Shown piece by piece: positions 1 to 7,913 of a stretch of 38,094 nt of DNA (positions within the stretch are counted from its first letter, which is position 1; each line of letters opens with the position of its first letter). The DNA is taken from positions 1 to 38,094 of the forward strand of contig CAIUXU010000189.1 of the NCBI GenBank assembly GCA_903903205.1, given 5' to 3'. Made by a program: the position numbers and the translations under genes. The notes under the pieces were generated by a model. It was not told the origin of the DNA, made no database searches, and worked only from the letters and a program-made list of their open reading frames with translations. The stretch is from an uncultured Syntrophobacterales bacterium. Its GTDB lineage: Bacteria; Desulfobacterota; Syntrophia; Syntrophales; UBA5619.

Positions 1-389
1 AAGACCTCTACCGCCCCCGAAAATCGTGGGGCCTGCCGGAAATTCTCAAGGCGGATGGTCGACCGAAGGCGCTCTGCATCCCGCGCGGCCTGGTCATCCC
101 CTACATCTCCGGCGGTATCATCCAACGGATTCGGATCCGCCGCCCGGAACACCATCGGACAGAACAATGGCCCGCGCCCTACTACGTCCTGCCGGGTTCG
201 GCGATGCCGACGATGCTCCTCGGGCGGGAGCGGCGCGCGTTTGTCGTCGTCGAGTCGGAGTTGGATGCGATTGCCTGCTGCTCGGGAAATTCCCTGGCTG
301 GCGCCGTCGCCCTCGGGTCGGTCAGCGCGAAACCGGATGCGGATACCTTCACTGTCCTCCAGGGCGCGCTCCAGATCCTCAATGCACTC
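1..389. repeat. Terminal direct repeat copy 1 (circular-assembly overlap)
   Basis: Matches 37706-38094 except 7 substitutions (positions 92, 182, 191, 218, 242, 284, 290); lies inside the primase ORF. Confidence 0.95.
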
Positions 390-992
390 GACTTTGATGC
401 GGCTGGGAAGCAAGCGATGGCCTGGTGGGTGGAGCATTTCCCCCGGTGTAAGCGGTGGCCTGCGCCAAAAGGCAAAGATCCGGGCGATGCTGTCCGGCTG
501 GGGATTGATTTGGAGGGATGGATTAAAGGGGGGTTGCCGCCTGCGTTAACGATTTGCGCGCCGAAAACGGGAGAAAATGGGAAAACGGGGCGGCCGACAG
601 CGGCAAGTAAGGGGTCAGAGCGGCCGACAGCGGCAAGCAAGACGTCGGATCATGTTGCCGGCGTCGGCCAAGTGATCGATGTGGCGGAGGCGGCGCCCGC
701 CTTCCCCGTTCGTTCTGAGCCTATTGAAAGAGCTCCCGCCGCCGGACAGCCTATCACGAATCCGCCCGGCGACGACGGCCCTCTCTCGCCTCCATTGCGC
801 GAGCTGTACCTGCTGCTGAGAAACAACCCGACCGTGCGGATCATCAACACGGCGACCCGCTACACGGTTCTGAGAAACGGGCGGTATGTCGGTGGAAGAA
901 TCAATGAACTGGTCTTCCGCGATCAAGAGTGCATGAAATACCTCGCAAACCACCCCGCCGAAGAGATCCACGCGGGGAATTATGTCGTATAA
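3..992 (+). CDS. 3' part of zinc-ribbon/Toprim primase (continues from 37216 across the circular junction; about 493 aa in total)
   Basis: Same frame as 37216 via the terminal overlap; Toprim-like motifs VVVESELDA and NALDFDAAG, and the GKDPGD motif. Confidence 0.85.
   Translation, partial: DLYRPRKSWGLPEILKADGRPKALCIPRGLVIPYISGGIIQRIRIRRPEHHRTEQWPAPYYVLPGSAMPTMLLGRERRAFVVVESELDAIACCSGNSLAGAVALGSVSAKPDADTFTVLQGALQILNALDFDAAGKQAMAWWVEHFPRCKRWPAPKGKDPGDAVRLGIDLEGWIKGGLPPALTICAPKTGENGKTGRPTAASKGSERPTAASKTSDHVAGVGQVIDVAEAAPAFPVRSEPIERAPAAGQPITNPPGDDGPLSPPLRELYLLLRNNPTVRIINTATRYTVLRNGRYVGGRINELVFRDQECMKYLANHPAEEIHAGNYVV
590..637 (+). repeat. 18-bp direct repeat GCGGCCGACAGCGGCAAG x2 (30-bp period) in the primase linker, encoding RPTAASK twice
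   Basis: Copies at 590-607 and 620-637. Confidence 0.85.
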
Positions 993-1002
993 CAGGAGGG
1001 AT

Positions 1003-1308
1003 ATGAAAGAGGAGTTTTATTGTGACGGCGGAGAGTTTGCCTACCCGATAAACTGGTGGGTCAATCTCGCCTACGACGAGCAAAGGATTGTAACAATAGA
1101 ACTGCAAAAGGCAGACATCCGGGGTGGGAATATGTGGTGCAAGCATCACGGCGAGTTTGCCGAGCCTGGCTGCTTCAAAGGATGTGACGCCTACGATCCG
1201 AGAAACAAAGTCAGTGGTCGGTGCAGGGATTACGTTTACGGCCTGACCGGGACGGGTATCAAATACAACATTCATCCCGACGGGAGAGTGGAAAAAGTAG
1301 GGAAGTAA
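1003..1308 (+). CDS. Hypothetical Cys-rich protein
   Basis: Strong RBS (AGGAGGGG) before ATG 1003; WCKHH...GCFKGC...GRC suggests metal binding. Confidence 0.7.
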   Translation: MKEEFYCDGGEFAYPINWWVNLAYDEQRIVTIELQKADIRGGNMWCKHHGEFAEPGCFKGCDAYDPRNKVSGRCRDYVYGLTGTGIKYNIHPDGRVEKVGK

Positions 1309-1335
1309 ACGAAGCTTTTATGGAGGGGGGAAAAG

Positions 1336-2334
1336 ATGATCGATATATCAAATGGACGCTATTGGGATCTGCCCTGGTCGCTGGTTGATGGTTGCACGCC
1401 CTGTTCGCCGGGATGTGATCACTGCTGGTCGGCGGTAATCGCTCATAGATTCTTCCGTGAGGGCGAGCCGGGATATTGTGCGGGGATACTAACTGACGAC
1501 AAAGGCAGGTTTAACGGTGACATTATCACCCACCCCGAACGCCTCTACATCCCCTTGACGCGCCGGAGGCCTACCGTGTATGCGGTGTGGAATGACCTAT
1601 TTCATGAGGCGGTGTCGTATACTTTCATAGGTCGTGCTTTATCGTATGCGATTGGCGAGTTTCGTCATACGTTTTTGGTGCTCACAAAAAGGCCACAGAG
1701 GATGGCCGATCTTATGGGCCGCTTCTATGCCGAGTGCGACGAAAAATCACTACGGCGAGCGATTAACGTCTATTGCGGCCTCACCATATGCAATCAGGAG
1801 GAAGCGGACGAGAAGATCCCGGTGTTCCTCCAGGTGCCGGGCAAGAAGTTTCTGAGCATTGAGCCGATGTTAGGGCCGATCGACCTGTCTGGAATCGCGC
1901 TAAAGTGTTTGGAGTCGGGAACTGATTGTGGTGGCGGTATGCAAGAAAAGCGTCCCGGATGCTGGAAGGGTAATTGTATGGGAAACGCTCATGTCGATGC
2001 CGTCATCCTCGGCGGCGAGACCAGCCCCGGCGCAAGACCGATACACCCCGATTGGGCTCGATCGGTCCAGAATCAGTGCGCGGCTGCCAACGTCCCTTTC
2101 TTTTTTAAGGGCTGGGGTGAATGGCTCCCTGTTTACGACCGTGACAAGGATGATCCGGATTTTAGAAAATGTGACGGCGTGAAACTAATTACCCCGCAAG
2201 GGCGCTGGTTGAATCGCGCTGGCGGTCAAGGCTTTCATGGGGCGCGTGTGATGCGAGTTGACCGAATCGGGAAGAAACGCGCCGGTCGCCTCCTTGATGG
2301 CCAGACTTATGATGATCTGCCGTGGAATAAATAA
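1336..2334 (+). CDS. Phage Gp37/Gp68 (DUF5131) radical-SAM-like protein
   Basis: GCTPCSPGCDHCWS (CxxxxxGCxxC), NDLFHE, LTKRPQR, FLSIEPMLGPIDL, ILGGET, PFFFKGWGEW and AGRLLDGQTYDDLP are hallmark motifs. Confidence 0.9.
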   Translation: MIDISNGRYWDLPWSLVDGCTPCSPGCDHCWSAVIAHRFFREGEPGYCAGILTDDKGRFNGDIITHPERLYIPLTRRRPTVYAVWNDLFHEAVSYTFIGRALSYAIGEFRHTFLVLTKRPQRMADLMGRFYAECDEKSLRRAINVYCGLTICNQEEADEKIPVFLQVPGKKFLSIEPMLGPIDLSGIALKCLESGTDCGGGMQEKRPGCWKGNCMGNAHVDAVILGGETSPGARPIHPDWARSVQNQCAAANVPFFFKGWGEWLPVYDRDKDDPDFRKCDGVKLITPQGRWLNRAGGQGFHGARVMRVDRIGKKRAGRLLDGQTYDDLPWNK

Positions 2335-3158
2335 TGGATAAGGAAGCCCTCGAAAAACTGCTTGACGGCAAGCCGAAAGAGATCCGGCATAAGGCGATCC
2401 TGCTGTTCAACGGAACGGCCACCGGCGCGAAGGCGTACCAGGACGAACCGTCTTCGGCGACCCGGCGCAACTGGGAGGATTCGGAAGCCGCACTGAACAA
2501 GTTCATCGGCGAGATAGGGTCAGCGCCTGAACCTGAGGACGACGAAGACAAGCCGCTGCGGACCATTGCCGCTGTCCTCGAATATCTGAAGGCGAACGAT
2601 TGGCGCGTCACACAGACCAGCCTTTATCGCCACCAGAAAGAGGGCAAGATCGCGCCTCGCCGCGACGGCTGCTATACGCTCCGCGATGTGGACAAATACG
2701 CTCGGAACTGGCTCAAGCAGAAATCCACAGGAAAGAAGGTTGCCGAGAAGGCGGAAGAGCAGCAGGCGAAAAAGCTGGGGCTGGAAATCAGCATCCTGGA
2801 GCAGAACGACAAGAAGTTGAAGTTTTTCAATGATCGCGAAGCGGGGCTCTACATCCCGAAGGAGCTTATGGAGATCGAACTGGCAGGGCGGGCGGGAATC
2901 CTTGACGCGGGTTTGAAGCACATGGTCCAGTCGCGCATCGCCGAATGGATACGCGCCGTCAATGGTGAAATGAAAAAACTTGGCGACCTGCTCCACCTGG
3001 TCAACAGCGACATCGACGAGCACATCAACAGCTATGCCAGCGCGCTCTCCTACCAGGTCGTGATTGAGGCCGAAGAAGACGCCCCCGCCGAAGTTACGCA
3101 AATTAGTGAATCGCCGGAAACGGAATCAAAAACAGAAGGAGGACTCGTCCCATGCTGA
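2334..3158 (+). CDS. Probable terminase small subunit (Nu1-like)
   Basis: Upstream of GpA terminase; winged-HTH-like segment (QTSLYRHQKEGKI...YTLRDVDKY) followed by a coiled coil and EAGLYIPKE. Confidence 0.65.
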   Translation: MDKEALEKLLDGKPKEIRHKAILLFNGTATGAKAYQDEPSSATRRNWEDSEAALNKFIGEIGSAPEPEDDEDKPLRTIAAVLEYLKANDWRVTQTSLYRHQKEGKIAPRRDGCYTLRDVDKYARNWLKQKSTGKKVAEKAEEQQAKKLGLEISILEQNDKKLKFFNDREAGLYIPKELMEIELAGRAGILDAGLKHMVQSRIAEWIRAVNGEMKKLGDLLHLVNSDIDEHINSYASALSYQVVIEAEEDAPAEVTQISESPETESKTEGGLVPC

Positions 3159-3316
3159 AAAATCAGGATCAAATCGAAATCGCGTTAATGTCCGCTCTGG
3201 TAGCGGAGAGCGTTCTTCAGCTCGTGTCGGTAGCGAGCGTCATTAGTGCCAAGAGGATCATGTCTGAAACGGTAGATAAGCTCCTAAAACTAGACGAGAA
3301 GGTAAAAAAGTTATGA
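3152..3316 (+). CDS. 54-aa hypothetical protein between the terminase subunits
   Basis: GGAGG RBS, ATG 3152, stop overlaps the terL ATG (ATGA 3313-3316); MLKNQDQIEIALMSALVAESVLQLV...; below the ORF-track cutoff. Confidence 0.55.
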   Translation: MLKNQDQIEIALMSALVAESVLQLVSVASVISAKRIMSETVDKLLKLDEKVKKL

Positions 3317-5373
3317 GTAAAATAAGCATGTTGATCGTCCATATCCCCCGAATCACCCCGTGGCTGCCGCCTTCTCTGTTGAAAACCATTGGCGAGATCC
3401 GCCACCGGGTGCAGTTCTCCGATCCGGAGCGCAGGATCTTCCGCAAGCGGCGCAAGATCCCTGTATCGCAGTGGTGCGAAAAGTTCCGCGTGCTCACCAT
3501 GTCGGTCCTGCCGGGCAAGTGGCGAAACTCCGTCACGCCCTACCTGGCCGGCATCATGGACGCCTCGTTTTTCCCGTCGGTCCGCACGGTCATCATCTGC
3601 AAGTCACCGCAGGTAGGGGGCACAGAATCAGTCCTGAATTGCATAGGCTACGCCATCGACCGCGACCCTGGCCCGGTGCTCTGTGTCTATCCGGATGAGA
3701 TGACCGCGCGCGAAAACAATTCCGACCGCATCCAGCCGATGATCAAGTCCTCCCCGCGCCTACGCTCCTACATGACCGGCGCGGACGACGACAGCAACAT
3801 GCTCAAGATCCGCCTGACCCACATGCCGATCTATATGGCCTGGGCGCACTCCGCCGCCCGGCTGGGCAACAAGCCGATCCGCTACGTCGTCTTCGATGAA
3901 ACCGACAAATACCCCGAGACCTCCGGCAAGCGCGAGACCGACCCGATCTCCCTCGGCCAGGCGCGCACGATCACCTACCGTCACAACTGCAAAATCTGGA
4001 AGATCTCCACCCCGACCACCGAGGCGGGAAACATCTGGCGCGCGATGACCGAAGAGGCGCAGGTTATTTTCGACTATTGGGCGGCCTGCCCCGCGTGTAA
4101 CGTCCTGCAGAAAATGACCTTCCGTCAGATCAAATGGGCGCACAAAACCGAGCCCGGACCCGACGGCAAATCCCACTCCGAAGAACCGGAAATGATCGAG
4201 GCGGAAAAGCTCGCGTGGTACGAATGCCCCCACTGCCTCGCTCCCTGGAACGATTATGACCGGGATGTCGCTGTGCGGAATGGCAAGTGGCGGGAGAGGA
4301 TCAAGGAGAAGGCGGAAGGTGAGCTTTCCGAAGGTCCGGTTCCCGCCCCCCTCGGCATTGCCGAATACCTCAAGTTACACCGCCCGGTGAAGATTGCCTT
4401 TCACCTGCCGTCGTGGCTGTCGCCGTTCGTCTCACTCTCCTCCCCCGCTTCCGCCTTCCTGCGCGGGATGGGCGATATGAACAAGTTCAAAGACTTCCAT
4501 AACAAGCACCTGGCCGAACCGTGGAAACTGACGATTGTCTCCCGTAGCTCCGAGGAGATCTTTGCCGCAAGGTGCGACCTTCCCCCGCAGACCGTCCCGG
4601 AAGCGGCGTTCGCGCTTACCATCGGCATCGATGTCCAGCAGCACGGATTCTGGTTCGCCGTCCGCGCGTGGTCGCCGGAGATTACAAGCTGGCTCATTCA
4701 CTATGGATTTCTTGCAACCTGGGATGATGTTGAAAAGCTGATCTTCGAGTCATCCTACCCGGTGGCCGACACGGGCCGCTCCATGCGGATCTTCCGCGCC
4801 TGTGTCGATACCGGCGGATCGAAAAAATACGAAGATATGACGATGACCGAAGAGACCTATTTCTGGGTGATCAAGAATCACGGGCGCGGCGGCTGCGCGA
4901 TCTGGGGCACAAAGGGGGCAAGCCACGCCATCGCCGGGAAGCTCAGCCTCGGCCCCGGGATCGTCTCCACTCCCAGCGGGAAAAAACTCCCCGAATCGAT
5001 CCGGATCTTGACGGTGGACACCGAGAAGGCGAAAGACCAGTACCACTACCGCCTGAAGCTGGCCATAAAGCCCGACACCCGCGACCTCCCCGGCGCCGCG
5101 TTCCTCCATGCCGACACCGGGAACGATTACGTCGCCCAGATCCTGTCGGAAGAGAAGCAGAAAGACGAAAAGGGCCGCGACTCCTGGGTGAACGTGCACA
5201 GCAGGCCAAATCACCTGCTTGATGCGGAAATCCTTGCAGGGAGTTGCGCCGAGATGGAGTTCCCCGGCGGCGGGTTGCGGCTGCTGGCCGCCTACGCGAA
5301 CCGGGATCAGGTCACACAGGAACCAAAAGACGGTAAACCGACCACAAAAATTAAGAAACCAGGGAGGTGGTAG
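3313..5373 (+). CDS. terL: Terminase large subunit, lambda GpA family
   Basis: TPYLAGIMD, KSPQVGGTE (Walker A), VVFDETDKYP (Walker B), ISTPT, CPAC/CPHC zinc motifs, GIDVQ nuclease motif and NHLLDAE. Confidence 0.95.
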   Translation: MSKISMLIVHIPRITPWLPPSLLKTIGEIRHRVQFSDPERRIFRKRRKIPVSQWCEKFRVLTMSVLPGKWRNSVTPYLAGIMDASFFPSVRTVIICKSPQVGGTESVLNCIGYAIDRDPGPVLCVYPDEMTARENNSDRIQPMIKSSPRLRSYMTGADDDSNMLKIRLTHMPIYMAWAHSAARLGNKPIRYVVFDETDKYPETSGKRETDPISLGQARTITYRHNCKIWKISTPTTEAGNIWRAMTEEAQVIFDYWAACPACNVLQKMTFRQIKWAHKTEPGPDGKSHSEEPEMIEAEKLAWYECPHCLAPWNDYDRDVAVRNGKWRERIKEKAEGELSEGPVPAPLGIAEYLKLHRPVKIAFHLPSWLSPFVSLSSPASAFLRGMGDMNKFKDFHNKHLAEPWKLTIVSRSSEEIFAARCDLPPQTVPEAAFALTIGIDVQQHGFWFAVRAWSPEITSWLIHYGFLATWDDVEKLIFESSYPVADTGRSMRIFRACVDTGGSKKYEDMTMTEETYFWVIKNHGRGGCAIWGTKGASHAIAGKLSLGPGIVSTPSGKKLPESIRILTVDTEKAKDQYHYRLKLAIKPDTRDLPGAAFLHADTGNDYVAQILSEEKQKDEKGRDSWVNVHSRPNHLLDAEILAGSCAEMEFPGGGLRLLAAYANRDQVTQEPKDGKPTTKIKKPGRW

Positions 5374-5640
5374 ATGGGTACGGATACGGCGTTGTCGGGC
5401 ATGAAAGCGATTACGGATCACTGCGGGGCCATCGGTCTGCAACGCACGGAGTCATCGATCCTTCAGTTAAGGATTCAATACGGCTTTCCAATGAAGAAAA
5501 TGTTGGGTACCTGGGTGAGCGATAAACTCCAGATCGAAGAATGGCGGAAGAAATTCCTCTCCGGCGACGTGGATCAGGCGCCCTCCATTCGCCCGGAACC
5601 GCCGCTCTCCCGCCGCACGGCGACCAGGGGCCGAAGGTGA
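5374..5640 (+). CDS. Small DNA-binding-like protein (AlpA/Xis-like; possible late regulator)
   Basis: LSGMKAI...GFPMKKMLGTWVSDKLQIEEWR resembles a winged HTH; directly follows terL. Confidence 0.55.
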   Translation: MGTDTALSGMKAITDHCGAIGLQRTESSILQLRIQYGFPMKKMLGTWVSDKLQIEEWRKKFLSGDVDQAPSIRPEPPLSRRTATRGRR

Positions 5641-5768
5641 CCGGCGGAAGCGGAACGGTTCATAAGGAGCGGTGGAGGGAAACCCTCAAAAAACACCCCG
5701 AAAGGGAGCGACACAAAAACAGACCGATGGACAAATAACATGCCAAATATGCGTAATGAGATAAATAT

Positions 5769-5918
5769 ATGATGTTTTCGGGGGGCATATACTTAGCTTC
5801 CGACCTCGGCCCCGATGCGATCCTCCTCTGCTGGGAATCCCCCGGCGAGGATTGCCACCGCCGCCTGATTGCCGCATGGCTCGAATCGCACCTCAAAATC
5901 AAAGTTCCTGAATTGTAA
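5769..5918 (+). pseudogene. C-terminal remnant of a DUF488-like gene (49 aa)
   Basis: Translates ...DAILLCWESPGEDCHRRLIAAWLESHLKIKVPEL*; LLC-E...CHR is the DUF488 motif; an in-frame TGA at 5757 excludes the N-terminal part. Confidence 0.6.
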
Positions 5919-5926
5919 CCCACCCC

Positions 5927-5962
5927 GGCCCGAGGAGAGCGATCTCCTCGGGCCTCTTTTTT
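5927..5962 (+). terminator. Rho-independent terminator
   Basis: Perfect 12-bp stem GGCCCGAGGAGA/TCTCCTCGGGCC, GCGA loop, then TCTTTTTT. Confidence 0.9.
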
Positions 5963-5989
5963 GCCCCTCCAAAACCTCTGTCAACCCCG

Positions 5990-6064
5990 AAAACACCTCG
6001 AAAATACCCCCAAAACACCCCGAAAACACCCTCAAAACACCCCGAAAACACCCCGAAAACCCTC
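5990..6064. repeat. 11-bp tandem repeat (consensus AAAACACCCCG) x7 with phased A4 tracts
   Basis: A4 tracts start at 5990, 6001, 6012, 6023, 6034, 6045 and 6056; an isolated copy lies at 5690-5700. Confidence 0.9.
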
Positions 6065-6069
6065 AAATT

Positions 6070-6120
6070 TCCGTTTCGCCAAAAAACCGCCCCTTATACT
6101 GCCCCCCAAACGGGGGAAAC
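6070..6120 (+). promoter_or_regulatory. Candidate late promoter (-10 TATACT at 6095-6100, no good -35)
   Basis: Between a terminator and the first head gene, directly downstream of the 11-bp array. Confidence 0.45.
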
Positions 6121-6348
6121 ATGGCCTACACCTCAACCGATCTGACGAATGTCGAAACTGCAATCCGGGCGATCATCTCCGGCACGCGCACCGTCAGCCT
6201 CTCTATGGGCGACAAAACCATTCAATACACCGCCGTCGATCTGCCCGCCCTACGCTCCCTCCGGGACGAAATCAAGGCGGAGATCGGCGCCACCGCCGGG
6301 ACGTGCAGCCCTCGCACCTATGCCCGCCAGGGAGGCCGCGGAATATGA
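6121..6348 (+). CDS. Head-tail joining protein, lambda gpW-like
   Basis: 75 aa before the portal; AIRAIISG..VSLSMGDKTIQY...L..LRDEIKAE pattern; GGGGG RBS. Confidence 0.8.
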   Translation: MAYTSTDLTNVETAIRAIISGTRTVSLSMGDKTIQYTAVDLPALRSLRDEIKAEIGATAGTCSPRTYARQGGRGI

Positions 6349-7913
6349 CGAAACTGGAATCCTTCTCCGCCTCCATCATCGATCGCCTCCAGGAGTTCGC
6401 CTCGCACCGCTCCGCCCTCGCGCGCCATCGCTACCTGATCGGCATGAATCCACAGAAACGCTCCGAGATGTACGCCGCCGCGAAAACCACCCGGCTGACC
6501 GGCGCCTGGTCCATCGCAAACGCGAATGTAAACGACATCATCGGCCTCTCCAACCCCGCGATTCGCTCCCGCGTCCGCCAACTGATCCGGGATTTCCCCT
6601 ACCTGGCCCGCGCCGCGAATGTGATGGTCGATTATTCCATCGGTCCCGGCATCATGTTTCAGTCCAAGGCCAGGGGAGCAAGCGGCAAACCGGACAAACG
6701 CCGGATACAGCAGATCGAAGACGCCGTCCACTGGTGGATGGACGAAGCCGACGCAGCAGGCAAACTCCACTTCAACGAGATCATGCGTCTGGCCAAGCGC
6801 CAGGACCTTGAGTCCGGCGAATTCGTCATCGTGAAAACCTACCCGAAAACCGCGAACCGCTTCCTGCCGTTCGCCCTCCAGGTCTACGAGGCGGATTGGC
6901 TCACCGGCGCGCATGACAGTTACGGCGCCGGCGGCATCGGCATGGCGTCCGCCCCCGGCGACAAGGAGACCCGGCAGGGCATCGAATACGATAAGCAGAC
7001 CGGCCGCGTCACGGGTTACTGGTTTATGGACCCCTACTATGGCGGAAAAGAGGTCTATGTCCCCGCCGATCAGGTGATCCATGGCTTCGACACCCTTCGC
7101 CCTCAGCAGCTCCGGGGCGTCTCTCCCTTCGCGCCGGGAGTCCAGGTGGCCCACGACCTCTCCGACTACATGGATGCGGAGATCGACACGGCCAAGATGG
7201 CCGCCAAATATCTGGCCTTTATCAAGACCCCCGATCCCTCCTTCCGCCAGGATGCGCTTGCATTGAACGGCACATCCGCCTCCGGCGCGACCCAGAAGAT
7301 CGAAGAGATGGAAAACGCGATCATCGAATATCTCCGCCCTGGCGAAGAGGTGGACATCGCCCAGCACAACCGCCCCGGCGCCACCTTCGCCCCGTTCGTC
7401 CGCCTGGTTCTGACGATGCTCTCGATCACGACGGGCGCCCCCTATGAATTGATATCCGGCGATTACCAGGGCCTGAACTTCTCCACGGCGCGGATCGTCC
7501 GGAACGATTTTAGTCAGCAGCTCCGCCCGGTCTCCGTGCGGCACATCCGTCAATTCGGGATGCCTGCCCTGCGGACGATGCTGGACGTGGCCGTTTTGTC
7601 CGGGAAGCTCACGCTCCCCGGCTATTGGCAAGATCCCCGGCGCTATCAGGAAAGCGAATGGCAGCCGCCGGGAATGGAAGCGGTCGATCCGCTGCGCGAA
7701 GCAAAAAGCCAGATCGAGGCGATCAGTTACGGCCTGAAATCGCCCCAGGAGGTAGCCCGCGAGCGCGGCAGGGATCTTGAGGATATCTACGATGAAATCA
7801 AGGCCGCAAAAGAGATGGCCACAGAGATGGGGCTTGAATTCGCAAGCGCCAAGACCTCGGTGAAGAGCAACCCTGCCGCCATCCTGCAGGAAGTCGGAGG
7901 AGTCAGCACATGA
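6345..7913 (+). CDS. Portal protein, lambda family
   Basis: IRSRVRQLIRD, ESGE, RPQQLRGVSPFAP, GDYQGLNFSTAR and VDPLREA motifs; ATGA overlap with the gpW stop sets the start at 6345. Confidence 0.93.
   Translation: MTKLESFSASIIDRLQEFASHRSALARHRYLIGMNPQKRSEMYAAAKTTRLTGAWSIANANVNDIIGLSNPAIRSRVRQLIRDFPYLARAANVMVDYSIGPGIMFQSKARGASGKPDKRRIQQIEDAVHWWMDEADAAGKLHFNEIMRLAKRQDLESGEFVIVKTYPKTANRFLPFALQVYEADWLTGAHDSYGAGGIGMASAPGDKETRQGIEYDKQTGRVTGYWFMDPYYGGKEVYVPADQVIHGFDTLRPQQLRGVSPFAPGVQVAHDLSDYMDAEIDTAKMAAKYLAFIKTPDPSFRQDALALNGTSASGATQKIEEMENAIIEYLRPGEEVDIAQHNRPGATFAPFVRLVLTMLSITTGAPYELISGDYQGLNFSTARIVRNDFSQQLRPVSVRHIRQFGMPALRTMLDVAVLSGKLTLPGYWQDPRRYQESEWQPPGMEAVDPLREAKSQIEAISYGLKSPQEVARERGRDLEDIYDEIKAAKEMATEMGLEFASAKTSVKSNPAAILQEVGGVST

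Noticed and set aside
5990..6064. Possible CRISPR array
   Set aside because: Contiguous 11-bp units without spacers; no cas genes.
5869..6344. Long N-terminal extensions of gpW (5869) and portal (5961) in the ORF track
   Set aside because: They run through a terminator and a stop-free repeat; the RBS and ATGA coupling support 6121 and 6345.
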